Shown here piece after piece: positions 9,817 to 18,494 of a stretch of DNA of 64,000 nt; position 1 is the stretch's first letter; each line of letters starts with the position of its first letter. Below the pieces are notes generated by a model. The model saw only the letters and a list, made by a program, of their open reading frames with translations. It did no database searches and was not told the DNA's origin. A program made the translations under genes and the position numbers. The DNA comes from Terriglobia bacterium (GTDB taxonomy: Bacteria; Acidobacteriota; Terriglobia; 2-12-FULL-54-10): the NCBI GenBank assembly GCA_963666975.2, contig CAXVYR010000004.1, positions 2,240,001-2,304,000 on the forward strand. The letters are read 5' to 3'.

Positions 9817-9930
9817 GGTTGGCCTTGCGATTGTCGTTCTAGCATTACAGATTCCGAATCCGATAGAATTCCCACGTCTCATGGAGTCCAACACAGGCGG
9901 GAGACATTACCGAAGGGGGTATTCATTCAA

Positions 9931-11064
9931 ATGTTGTCACGAATTTTTTGCCTGGCTGCCCTGAGTTTAGCTTTTCTACTCCAGAGTGCTTGCACCGGGG
10001 AGATAAGTCCTGAGCTGATTTGGGTTCCTCCTGATGACACCCGGTTGCAGTGGTTGAATGTTGCCGGTTGGGAACAGGAAGGAGAAGCATTTCGTCCGGC
10101 GCGCGTACCCCGAGATTGGCGAGACCGATTCCCGGAGAGGACCGCCCAGACAGCCATGGCACCTGCCGGGGTCGTATTACGAGTTGCAACAGACGCCCGG
10201 AAAGTAGCCCTGCGCATCAGTGTAGATCCACCCCGGCCAAGGCCGGCAGGCGCTCCGACGAGGCCACCGTCTGTAACTGCAACTGCCTTTGATGTTTACC
10301 GGAATAACGAATTTCTACTCAGCGCGGACACTTCGGGAGAACCCGGTGCCCAGGAAATCACGCTTTATGAAAACCCTCCGAATGGCAGCGGCGAAATCGC
10401 CGTTTTGTTTCCTGCTGGCCTCTCGTTCGTGGTGCAGAGTGTGGGCTTTTCGAGCGACGCACAGTTTGCTCCTCCGAACCGGCCGGCCCAACCACGGGTT
10501 CTCTTCCATGGCGATTCGATTACGCAGGGAACCGGCGCCACCCACAGCAGAAATACGTACGCGTGGGTGACCTGCGAGAAGATCGGGTGCGAGCCGATCA
10601 ATCTGGGTTTTGGGGGAAGCGCTTGGGGCGATCAACCCGTGGCAGAATATATCGCCAGCCGAAACGATTGGAATGCGCTTGTGGTCGCTTACGGCACAAA
10701 CACCTACCGTCGAGCCCACGAGGATCCGGAACAGTTTGCTCAAACCTACGATACTTTCCTGGCCACGGTTCGGGCCGAACACCCCGACGCACCGATCCTG
10801 TGCATCACGCCCCTGTGGCGCATCCAAGACACGACGAACGAGAAAAACGAGGGCGGATACACCCAACAACAGTATCGGGAGGCAGTCACACAGGTCGTCA
10901 GCCGCCGCCAGAGCTCCGATTCTAACCTGCACCTATTAGAAGGCAAAGATTTGGTCCCGGAAAATCTTTTCACTGCCGACCAGGTTCATCCCAACAATGA
11001 AGGTGCGGCACAAATGGCCGAAGCTATCGCGAACGCATTAAGACCACTGCTCGGACCCTTGTAG
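9931..11064 (+). CDS. Exported SGNH/GDSL hydrolase (probable lipoprotein) with N-terminal accessory domain
   Basis: SGNH blocks FHGDSITQG, NLGFGG, YGTN and DQVHPN. N-terminal hydrophobic stretch with a lipobox-like LQSAC. Confidence 0.85.
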   Translation: MLSRIFCLAALSLAFLLQSACTGEISPELIWVPPDDTRLQWLNVAGWEQEGEAFRPARVPRDWRDRFPERTAQTAMAPAGVVLRVATDARKVALRISVDPPRPRPAGAPTRPPSVTATAFDVYRNNEFLLSADTSGEPGAQEITLYENPPNGSGEIAVLFPAGLSFVVQSVGFSSDAQFAPPNRPAQPRVLFHGDSITQGTGATHSRNTYAWVTCEKIGCEPINLGFGGSAWGDQPVAEYIASRNDWNALVVAYGTNTYRRAHEDPEQFAQTYDTFLATVRAEHPDAPILCITPLWRIQDTTNEKNEGGYTQQQYREAVTQVVSRRQSSDSNLHLLEGKDLVPENLFTADQVHPNNEGAAQMAEAIANALRPLLGPL

Positions 11065-11124
11065 GCCCATTGGGGATTGCAAGAGATTGTGGCGTGTCCA
11101 CTGGTTATTAAAACCCTGTTGCAG

Positions 11125-11228
11125 GCCACCCAGGCGTTCGGCCGTGCGGCTTTTTTCTAATCCGGGGCCACTGCTGTTTCACCCAGCGTTAGATCACTTC
11201 CTCATCCCGTTCGATGGCCCGTCGCTCC
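11125..11228 (-). pseudogene. IS630-family transposase N-terminal (winged HTH) fragment
   Basis: Minus strand reads ERRAIERDEEVI*RWVKQQWPRIRKK, typical of the end of IS630 OrfA; has an internal stop. Confidence 0.6.
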
Positions 11229-11318
11229 GTCAGTCTATTCCTGTTTGGGGTGAACCAAACCTTAAACCGTGTAACTTCCGCTCCGCCTCATGGCGCTCCC
11301 ATTTCCGCTGATGTCCAA

Positions 11319-11607
11319 CACTGCGAAGCGGCAGGGTTACCGGGTCACTGGCTGCACGATCTCCGAAGGAGTTGTGTCCGGCGTATGGAGCAAAGAGGTA
11401 TCCCCCGATCTTGCGATGAAGTTAATTGGGCACAAGACAGAGAGTATCTACCGACGCAACGCCATCGTTAGCGAATCGGATCATGCTGAGGGAGTGGCCA
11501 GGCTGGCAGCCCCGTATGAATCCCAAACGGATGGCCATGGCCACAATGCCGTCGCGCATTTTCCACTGCGTTCCGTCAAAGCACCGTCAAACCAAGGGCA
11601 AAGTTGA
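11319..11607 (+). pseudogene. Tyrosine integrase C-terminal relic next to the tRNA-Leu 3' end
   Basis: CEAAGLPGHWLHDLRRSCVRRMEQRGIP (HxLRR box), then after a frameshift LAMKLIGHKTESIYRRNAIVSESD. The position expected for the catalytic Tyr reads N. Confidence 0.8.
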
Positions 11608-11650
11608 CAATGTGCCCTGGATGTCAGCCAGCGCTAAATATAACGAAAGA

Positions 11651-11739
11651 TGGTGCCCGGGGCCGGAATCGAACCGGCACGGACTTTACAGTCCGAGGGA
11701 TTTTAAGTCCCTTGCGTCTACCAGTTCCGCCACCCGGGC
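11651..11739 (-). tRNA. tRNA-Leu (anticodon TAA)
   Basis: GCCCGGG acceptor stem, TGGTAGAC D-loop, AGGGA-CTTAAAA-TCCCT anticodon arm, long variable arm, GTTCGA T-loop and encoded CCA. Confidence 0.97.
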
Positions 11740-11970
11740 ATAAACCGGATGTCCAATTATATCAGTTTATTACGAAATCTGGCTGAGCCGCCTTGGACCT
11801 TGAAGCAGCCGGAAGTGTCCCCAAAGCGTCCATCACCTTCACGGCTTCATGCGTATCAGCCCGCGAAAGGTGAGCGTAACGCTGCGTCATCAGGATCTGT
11901 ACGTCGTCAGATAATGTTGGACACAGAGCATAAAAAGATAAGGTGGCGTTCAGGCTCCTCTGGGTTGATG

Positions 11971-12954
11971 TTAGGCTGCCCTTCTTTTGAAGTGCAACCG
12001 TTTTCTTAAGATCATAGTTTTCTCTTTGATGCGATCCCGTTTTTGCAGGATGGCACTGCCTTGGCCTGTAAAAACGTCATACGGTGTCAGGTTGTTCAGG
12101 CTTTCATGGTATCGGTTGGTGTTGTAGTGGTTGACGAAGGCATCGATCTGCCGCTCCAGCTCTTCTGGCAGGTAATAGTTGTTGAGCAGGATGCGGTCTT
12201 TCAGAGTTCGGTGCCAGCGTTCGATCTTGCCCTGCGTCATGGGGTGATAGGGCTTGCCGCGAGTATGCGGCACGCTGTTTTCTGCCAGCCATGATTGCAG
12301 TTCGGAAGAGACGTAGCACGGCCCGTTGTCGCTCAGGAGGCGAGGTCTGTGCCGGGCGCCCACGCGGTCGAGGCCGGTGGCTTGCAAAGCATCCCGCAAC
12401 GTGGCCGAGACGTCACTTGCGCTCATGGTTTTGCACAGCCGCCAGGCGATGATATAGCGCGAGAAGTCGTCCAGCACCGTGGACAGGTAGAACCAGCCCC
12501 AACCGATGACTTTCAGGTAGGTGAAGTCGGTCTGCCAGAGCTGGTTGACCGCCGTGGTCGGGTTGGCGAACCGTTCCGCCGCTTTCAGGACAATAAAGGC
12601 TGGCGCGGTAATCAGGTCATGGCTTTTCAGGACGCGGTAAACCGTCGATTCAGAAAGGTAATACCGCCTTTCCTCGGTAAAACGCACCGCCAGCTCGCGT
12701 GACGACAGATCGGGCTCGGCCAGGGCTAACGTCACCAACTGCTGAGTTATCTCCTCCGGCACCTTGTTCCAGACAGGGCCAGGATCGGGTTTTTTGTCTT
12801 CCAGCCCATCAAAGCCTTCCGACACATAGCGGTCGTACCAGTTGTAAAACGTCGATCTGGGAATGCCAACCTGCTGCAGCGTCCGGCGCACCCCCAGGGC
12901 AGATTGCTCCACCGTGCAGATGATCTCCAGCTTCTCCGAGGCAGGGTATCTCAT
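11971..12954 (-). CDS. IS3-family transposase OrfB (DDE integrase core)
   Basis: LWQTDFTY, LDDFSRYI, LSDNGPCY and QGKIERWHRTLK DDE motifs. Confidence 0.93.
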   Translation of the reverse strand: MRYPASEKLEIICTVEQSALGVRRTLQQVGIPRSTFYNWYDRYVSEGFDGLEDKKPDPGPVWNKVPEEITQQLVTLALAEPDLSSRELAVRFTEERRYYLSESTVYRVLKSHDLITAPAFIVLKAAERFANPTTAVNQLWQTDFTYLKVIGWGWFYLSTVLDDFSRYIIAWRLCKTMSASDVSATLRDALQATGLDRVGARHRPRLLSDNGPCYVSSELQSWLAENSVPHTRGKPYHPMTQGKIERWHRTLKDRILLNNYYLPEELERQIDAFVNHYNTNRYHESLNNLTPYDVFTGQGSAILQKRDRIKEKTMILRKRLHFKRRAA

Positions 12955-13322
12955 GTATGTTCCTCCCCATCCCCGATCACGCTTTTTTTTAGCAGGCGAT
13001 TTTCCAGCATAGCCTCGGCCAGGGCCTCTTTCAGCTGTACGGCCTGCTCCCGCAGAGTCTTGACTTCGCCACTGGTTGCCTCACGGTCTATGTCGCCCGC
13101 CAGCCGCTTGCGGCCAGCCTCCAGAAACTCCTTGCTCCAGCGGTAATACTGGTTCTGGTGCAGCCCCTCGCGGCGGCACAGCTCCGCGATGCTGTCCTCG
13201 CCGCGAAGTCCCTGCAATACAATGCGGATTTTGTCTTCCGGGCTGAACCTGCGCCGCGTCCTGCGTTTGATCTCCCGGACGGCCTTCTCGACCGCCCCCC
13301 TGTCGTCTTGTTTTTGTCTCAT
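12951..13322 (-). CDS. IS3-family transposase OrfA (HTH), probably joined to OrfB by -1 frameshift
   Basis: RRFSPEDKIRIVLQGLRGEDSIAELCRREG HTH. An A-run slippery site (CTAAAAAAAAGC) lies near the 3' end, about 12982-12992. Confidence 0.9.
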   Translation of the reverse strand: MRQKQDDRGAVEKAVREIKRRTRRRFSPEDKIRIVLQGLRGEDSIAELCRREGLHQNQYYRWSKEFLEAGRKRLAGDIDREATSGEVKTLREQAVQLKEALAEAMLENRLLKKSVIGDGEEHT

Positions 13323-13409
13323 CTTCGTTCCTTTCAGTCTCTACGATGAGCCAAAAACATCACCTTAACTATTACCCTCTACCTGTCCAACAAGCCCTGA
13401 CGGGGCACA

Positions 13410-14040
13410 ATCGCCGTCTGTGGGAGACTCCACCGTCATGCTGGCGAGCATGCCTTGCGTGGTCATCGCCCCCAGTAGCGTGAGGGTGCGCTAGTGACCG
13501 GCGGGCGTGGCTTCCCGCACCCGTTCCCCGCGAGGGGCGCGTCCATACCGCCGGGTCATCTGGGTGGTCGCGCCTCGCTCGTCCACAAACACCCACTGCC
13601 GGGGATCCATCAGCTGGCTCTGCTCCTGCCACGCCTCGCGGCGCTCCCGGTTTTCCGGCCTGTCCTGCTCTTGAGCGTGGAGCGACTTTTTTTGAGCGGC
13701 AGTTGGAGGTCCCGGAGCACCTCCCAGAGCCGCCCGATGCTGACTTGTAACCGCATCGTCCTCCGGAGCCGCTGCTGCAACTCGGCCAACGTCAACTCGG
13801 GCTGCTGACGAATCCAGGAACGCAGATGGCTTTCCGCCACCCCCGTGACCTTGCGGACCGGCCCATACCGCTGCTCCGCCCTCTCGATCTGACCCGTTCG
13901 CCGCCGCTGCCAGGAAATCTTCCATGCCCACGGGCAACTCACCCCAAATCGACTCGCCAGTTCCCGCAAGCTTCCCTCTCCCCGGTCCTGCGCCTCCAAA
14001 ATCTTCCGACGCAAATCGTCCGAGTATGCTTTCGCCAGGG
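13410..14040 (-). pseudogene. IS630-family transposase, truncated by the IS3 element and carrying an internal stop
   Basis: AKAYSDDLRRKIL...LTLAELQ...LKKS, frameshift, WVFVDERGATTQMTRRYGRAPRGERV...GH*RTLTLLGAM...SPTDGD, then ends at the IS3 IR. Confidence 0.85.
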
Positions 14041-14190
14041 TGTGCTTGGATCGCCAGAGAACCTCGCTCCATGGTATACACCATCGGGAGAAATGCTCTA
14101 AGGGTGCTGACAGTGATGGGTGTGGCATTGATCGGGTATGGTTCGGCTGGTGTGCCGAGGTAAGGGTAAAAGCAAAGTCAGACGGCGGAA

Positions 14191-14454
14191 TCAGGCCGAT
14201 TTGCGGGCTTTCAAACGGGCAAGACTTTCCCGGCGGATTTCATCCCACTCCGCATCCATCATCTCGGTGGCTTCCCCGCTTCCCAGACCTCCCACCAAGC
14301 GTGCTTCGAGTTGTTCTTGAGCTTTTCGTTTTTGGTCTTCTCGCACGAGCGTCCGAATGTACTCGCTGATGCTGCTGTACCCGCCAGCGGATACCTGCTC
14401 TTCAATAAACTGCTTCATGGTTTCCGGCAGGGAGATATCTCTCAGAAGGATCAC
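14191..14454 (-). CDS. ParD-family ribbon-helix-helix antitoxin (no toxin in view)
   Basis: ISLPETMKQFIEEQVSAGGYSSISEYIRTLVREDQKRK...L..GL.SG is the ParD/CC2985-like signature. Confidence 0.8.
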   Translation of the reverse strand: MILLRDISLPETMKQFIEEQVSAGGYSSISEYIRTLVREDQKRKAQEQLEARLVGGLGSGEATEMMDAEWDEIRRESLARLKARKSA

Positions 14455-15590
14455 AGCCCCTTCTCCATCCGCAGCACGCGGAACGCTTCCCCCATCCCTT
14501 GGGGAAGGATCAGCGTCTTCAGCAGTTGGGAGCGGCGGAGGCGCGCCGCCTCCGAATCGCAGTCGGCGAACACCTCTCCGAACTCATCCTCCTCGCCGAG
14601 TTCCATCAGGAAGCTGGCCTGTGATTGCAAGCCGTGCACGCGCATGCCGGAGTGCTCTGCCGCCGCCGTTAATTGCGAAAAGTTCACGTGCGCCGTGAGG
14701 TCCTGTTCGCCGGGGCACGAGAGCAGATCATAAACCGCCCGATGCTTGCGATAGCCCAGGGCGCTTCCCTGGGGAAAACGGCCCCGCTGCCACTCCTCCA
14801 GGGTGTATCCGTAGTCGATCAGCAGAATCTCGCCCCTGCGCATGCACCCGCCGATTCTTTCGATCCACGTTCCAGCCTGGGGAGAGATTTCGGCGACCCA
14901 CCCGTCTTTACTTTCTCCTTCCGGGCTTTCTCCATCCGGCAACTCCATACCGGGAGCGAAGCGCAGGTCGGCCTCCTGCGCCAAATCCGGCGTGCTCGGC
15001 TCGCCTTCGCTCCACTGCAACTGGTCGTCGCGGAGCGACACATATTGTTCCCTCCAGCGGTCATCCCTCCAGACCAGCAGATGAACGGGAAGGGCGTCGA
15101 AGAATTCATTGGCGAAGACGCAGCCTTGGAATCCCGCTTCGGACGCTGCCGCCAAGTCCGCAACGATTCTGGTTCGGTCGCTGTAATGGCTAAGGCTTTC
15201 CTCTAAGCGTTTCCGGAAGTGCGCGCTCTGCTCCACTGCGGTATAGCGCAGGCAGGCGGACATCTCGGGGAACCGCTGGCCGATCCGGGATAACAGCTCG
15301 CTTGCCAGCAGTCCGTCACCGGGTCCCAACTCTACAAGGTCAAAGGTTGCCGGCCTGCCGAGCGAAACCCATGTCCGTTGGAAGTGCCGCGACAGAATGC
15401 GCGCGAACACCGGAGCGACGTGCGCACTGGTGTAGAAATCTCCGGCGGCTCCCAGCCGGACCTTGCCGGCGTTGTAGTATCCGTGTTGCGGATGATAGAG
15501 GCATTGCTCCATGAAGCGATGAAACGTGATGGGACCGGAGGCGCGGATCAGGTCTCGAATGACCGGCAACAGAGGCGGTGGGGAGGCCAT
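14451..15590 (-). CDS. SAM-dependent methyltransferase, MidA/NDUFAF7 family
   Basis: GPITFHRFMEQCLYHPQHGYY, GDFYTS, ELGPGDG, ANEFFDALPV, IDYG and PGEQDLTAHVNF. Confidence 0.93.
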   Translation of the reverse strand: MASPPPLLPVIRDLIRASGPITFHRFMEQCLYHPQHGYYNAGKVRLGAAGDFYTSAHVAPVFARILSRHFQRTWVSLGRPATFDLVELGPGDGLLASELLSRIGQRFPEMSACLRYTAVEQSAHFRKRLEESLSHYSDRTRIVADLAAASEAGFQGCVFANEFFDALPVHLLVWRDDRWREQYVSLRDDQLQWSEGEPSTPDLAQEADLRFAPGMELPDGESPEGESKDGWVAEISPQAGTWIERIGGCMRRGEILLIDYGYTLEEWQRGRFPQGSALGYRKHRAVYDLLSCPGEQDLTAHVNFSQLTAAAEHSGMRVHGLQSQASFLMELGEEDEFGEVFADCDSEAARLRRSQLLKTLILPQGMGEAFRVLRMEKGL

Positions 15591-15608
15591 AGATCACTTC
15601 ATCTACTT

Positions 15609-15887
15609 TTACTTCGTGTTGGGTGTGCGGGTGAACATCTCCACGATGTAATCATGCAGGCAATCGTAGATCTGCCGCTCGAAGGTCCAGGGGAACTGCG
15701 CGTGGGCCAGGTCGCGGGGGTGGACTTCGTAATAGTATGTATGAATCCCCATGTCCTGATTCCGAAAATCGATCACCACCTCCACCGCTTCGCCCTTCTC
15801 CCTGGCGGAAAATTCAAACAGCGGGTGCTCGTACCGCGCCAGTTCCCGGCGCACCTTTTCGATGCCGGAGTTTTCGTTCATCTTCAT
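15609..15887 (-). CDS. Hypothetical protein (92 aa)
   Basis: Co-oriented, tightly spaced ORF inside the minus-strand operon, with protein-like composition. Confidence 0.75.
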   Translation of the reverse strand: MKMNENSGIEKVRRELARYEHPLFEFSAREKGEAVEVVIDFRNQDMGIHTYYYEVHPRDLAHAQFPWTFERQIYDCLHDYIVEMFTRTPNTK

Positions 15888-15914
15888 TGGACCCTTTCAA
15901 GGTTTCCTTAGCAG

Positions 15915-16436
15915 CTATTGCTTCGCGAGCGCCTTCCATGTCTCCTCAAAAATCTCACGGCTCTGGCTGTCGAACAGGATAAAGACAACCCGTTCGAGAG
16001 AGGTCTCTCCCTTCATGTGTTCTGTAACGGTCCGCAGCATGATCCCGGCACAGCGCCGGGTGTCAAAGCCTGCAATCCCGGTTCCGACGGCAGGGAAGGC
16101 AATGCTTCGGATTTTTTTCTCCTCGGCCCGCAGCATGCTGTTGCGGGTGGAGGCTTCCAGGTTTTCCGCCGTCGTCTGCCCGCCGAGTTGCATGCTGGCG
16201 GCGTGGATCACGTAGGCGGCTTTTAGCTGCCCCCCGCCGGTGATGGCCGCCTCGCCCAGGGGCACGCGGCCGATGCGGTCGCACTCCTCCTGTATGGACG
16301 GCCCGCCTTTCCGCCGGATGGCCCCGGCGACGCCGCCGCCCAGTTGCAGGTCATTGTTGGCGGCGTTCACCACGGCATCGACGTCAGCCTCGGTGATGTC
16401 TCCCTGGAGAATGATAACTTCGACCTGCGGCGTCAT
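15915..16436 (-). CDS. Macro-domain protein (O-acetyl-ADP-ribose deacetylase / Appr-1-p processing family)
   Basis: QGDITEADVDAVVNAANNDLQLGGGVAGAI, VIHA and SIAFPAVGTGIAG. Start moved to ATG 16436. Confidence 0.93.
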   Translation of the reverse strand: MTPQVEVIILQGDITEADVDAVVNAANNDLQLGGGVAGAIRRKGGPSIQEECDRIGRVPLGEAAITGGGQLKAAYVIHAASMQLGGQTTAENLEASTRNSMLRAEEKKIRSIAFPAVGTGIAGFDTRRCAGIMLRTVTEHMKGETSLERVVFILFDSQSREIFEETWKALAKQ

Positions 16437-16557
16437 TCCTTGTTCCTTGTTCCTTGCTCCTTGTTCCTTTTCACCATCATCCGTGCCCACCTGACGATTG
16501 CAAATAGCGCGCCAGCGAGTGTGAGAGCTACCTTACTTACCACTACCCGACTTACCA

Positions 16558-17364
16558 CTACTCGCCGGTAAAATGAGATTTGCGCTTTTCGAGATATGCG
16601 GTCATCCCTTCGTACTTGTCCTTGGATTCAAACAGGATGCCCTGCGCCAGCATCTCAATCGTCAGACCGCTGTCGAGCGGAGTGCGAGAGGAGGCGTTGA
16701 GTGCGAGTTTGGCCAGCCGCACGGCCAGAGGCGCGCGGCTCAGGATTTTGCGCGCCAGCTCCTTGGCCGTCTCCATCAGTTTTTCCTGCGGCACCACGCG
16801 GCTGATCAATCCCAGGCGCTCGGCCTCCTTGGCGTCATAGATATCGCCGGTCAGGATCCATTCCTTGGCGCGCGCCAGGCCCATCAGCCGGGGCAGACGC
16901 TGCGTGCCTCCGGCGCCGGGGATGATCCCCAGGCTGGTCTCCGGAAAACCGAAGCGGGCGTTCTCGCTGGCGATCCGGATGTCGCAGGCCAGCGTCAGCT
17001 CGCAGCCTCCCCCCAGCGCATATCCGTTGATGGCGCCGATCACCGGCCATGCGAAATTCTCCACCTCCGCAAACAGGCCGGTGTTGATGGCCTCGAGCGC
17101 CTGTTTTTTGGTGCGCCCGCGCAGGTCGCCGATGTCCGCTCCGGAAACAAATGCCTTGTTGCCCGACCCGGTCAGGATCAAGACCCCGGCTTTTCCCGTG
17201 TCCAAACTGCCGAGCGCTTCCCGAAACTCCTTTACCGTGGGCGCGTCGAGCGCGTTGCGCATCTCGGGGCGGTTGATCGTCAGGGTCCAAATTCCATTGT
17301 CCTGTTCGAGCTTAATGTTTTCCCACGCCACAGAGAGCCTCCTCGTCATCATCAGTTCCGACAA
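16558..17364 (-). CDS. Enoyl-CoA hydratase (crotonase family)
   Basis: TINRPEMRNAL, AFVSGADI, AINGYALGGGCEL and PETSLGIIPGAGGTQRLPRL. Confidence 0.95.
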   Translation of the reverse strand: MSELMMTRRLSVAWENIKLEQDNGIWTLTINRPEMRNALDAPTVKEFREALGSLDTGKAGVLILTGSGNKAFVSGADIGDLRGRTKKQALEAINTGLFAEVENFAWPVIGAINGYALGGGCELTLACDIRIASENARFGFPETSLGIIPGAGGTQRLPRLMGLARAKEWILTGDIYDAKEAERLGLISRVVPQEKLMETAKELARKILSRAPLAVRLAKLALNASSRTPLDSGLTIEMLAQGILFESKDKYEGMTAYLEKRKSHFTGE

Positions 17365-17370
17365 AACGGA

Positions 17371-18246
17371 TCAGGATTTTTTCTGAGCCTTTGCCTGGGG
17401 ATATTCATGCACCCCCCGGCCGGTTTTGCGGCCCAGCCGCCCGGCCTTCACGTACTGCACCATCAGCGGGGAGGGGCGGAACTTCTCTCCCAGCGTTTTG
17501 TGGAGATACTCGAGCACGTGCAGGCGCGTATCCAGGCCCACCAAGTCCGCCATCTCAAAAGGCCCCATGGGATGGTTCAGCCCGAGCTTGCAGGCCTTGT
17601 CGATGTCCTCAGCGGTGGCGACGCCTTCCTGCAGCATATAAAACGCTTCGTTGCCGATCATGGCGTTGATGCGGCTGGTGATGAACCCCGGCGCTTCGTT
17701 CACCACGACGGTCTCTTTGCCCATCTGTTTTCCCACCTGCTCGGCGATCTGGATCGTTTCCTTTGTGGTCTCGAGACCCGCCACAATCTCCAGCAGCTTC
17801 ATCTTGTGGACGGGATTGAAAAAGTGCATCCCCAAGAAGCGCGAGGCGCGGCCGGTCACCGCAGCCATCTCCGTGACGCTCATCGAGGAGGTGTTCGAGG
17901 CCAGGATCGTATGCGTGGGCGCGGCCTTGTCCAGGCGCGTGAAGGTGTCGGTCTTGATCTTCATATCTTCCGGGACGGCTTCGATGATCAGGTCGGCGTC
18001 TTGGGCGGCCTTTTCCGGGCTGGTTTCAAGCGTCAGTTGCGCCAGCGCCTTGTCTTTGGCCTCCGCAGCCAGCTTGCCGCGCGCAACCCCCTTTTCCATC
18101 TCGCTTTTTATGTTCGACAGCGCGGCTTGCAGAATTTCGTCGGTGACATCCACCATCGTGGTCCGGTAGCCGCCGAGCGCCGCCACGTGCGCGATGCCGC
18201 GGCCCATCAGGCCGGCTCCGATTACGGTTACGTTATGAATGGCCAT
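17371..18246 (-). CDS. 3-hydroxyacyl-CoA (3-hydroxybutyryl-CoA) dehydrogenase
   Basis: VIGAGLMGRGIA Rossmann motif, IEAVPE, ASNTSS, GMHFFNPV and NHPMGPF..ADLVGLD. Confidence 0.95.
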   Translation of the reverse strand: MAIHNVTVIGAGLMGRGIAHVAALGGYRTTMVDVTDEILQAALSNIKSEMEKGVARGKLAAEAKDKALAQLTLETSPEKAAQDADLIIEAVPEDMKIKTDTFTRLDKAAPTHTILASNTSSMSVTEMAAVTGRASRFLGMHFFNPVHKMKLLEIVAGLETTKETIQIAEQVGKQMGKETVVVNEAPGFITSRINAMIGNEAFYMLQEGVATAEDIDKACKLGLNHPMGPFEMADLVGLDTRLHVLEYLHKTLGEKFRPSPLMVQYVKAGRLGRKTGRGVHEYPQAKAQKKS

Positions 18247-18494
18247 GGGTCCTCCGAGTGTGTCGATGATTTAATGATCGTGAATCGATGATTGCTTCCC
18301 AGCCGGTCTTGTTGCGGCGTCAGCTTCTGCGGACTGATCCAGACAGCAATGTCAAAAACAAAAGGCGGCCGGATTGCAGAGAGAAATTAAAACATATTTC
18401 GTGCTCTGGTTGCACGGACCAAAGTTCATCTGTCCAGCAGAGTACACGTAAGGTAAGGTCACCGATGGAATTTATTAGAAGCGGTCCTGCGCGC

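Larger units (their letters stand above)
11898..13409 (-). mobile_element. Complete IS3-family insertion sequence (1512 bp)
   Basis: Imperfect terminal IRs TGTACGTCGTCAGATAATGTTGGACA and TGTGCCCCGTCAGGGCTTGTTGGACA, with ATC on both flanks (11895-11897, 13410-13412). Contains orfA and orfB. Confidence 0.9.

Noticed and set aside
16573-18291. 572-aa plus-strand ORF
   Set aside because: Antisense shadow of the crotonase and 3-hydroxyacyl-CoA dehydrogenase genes, with no motifs of its own.
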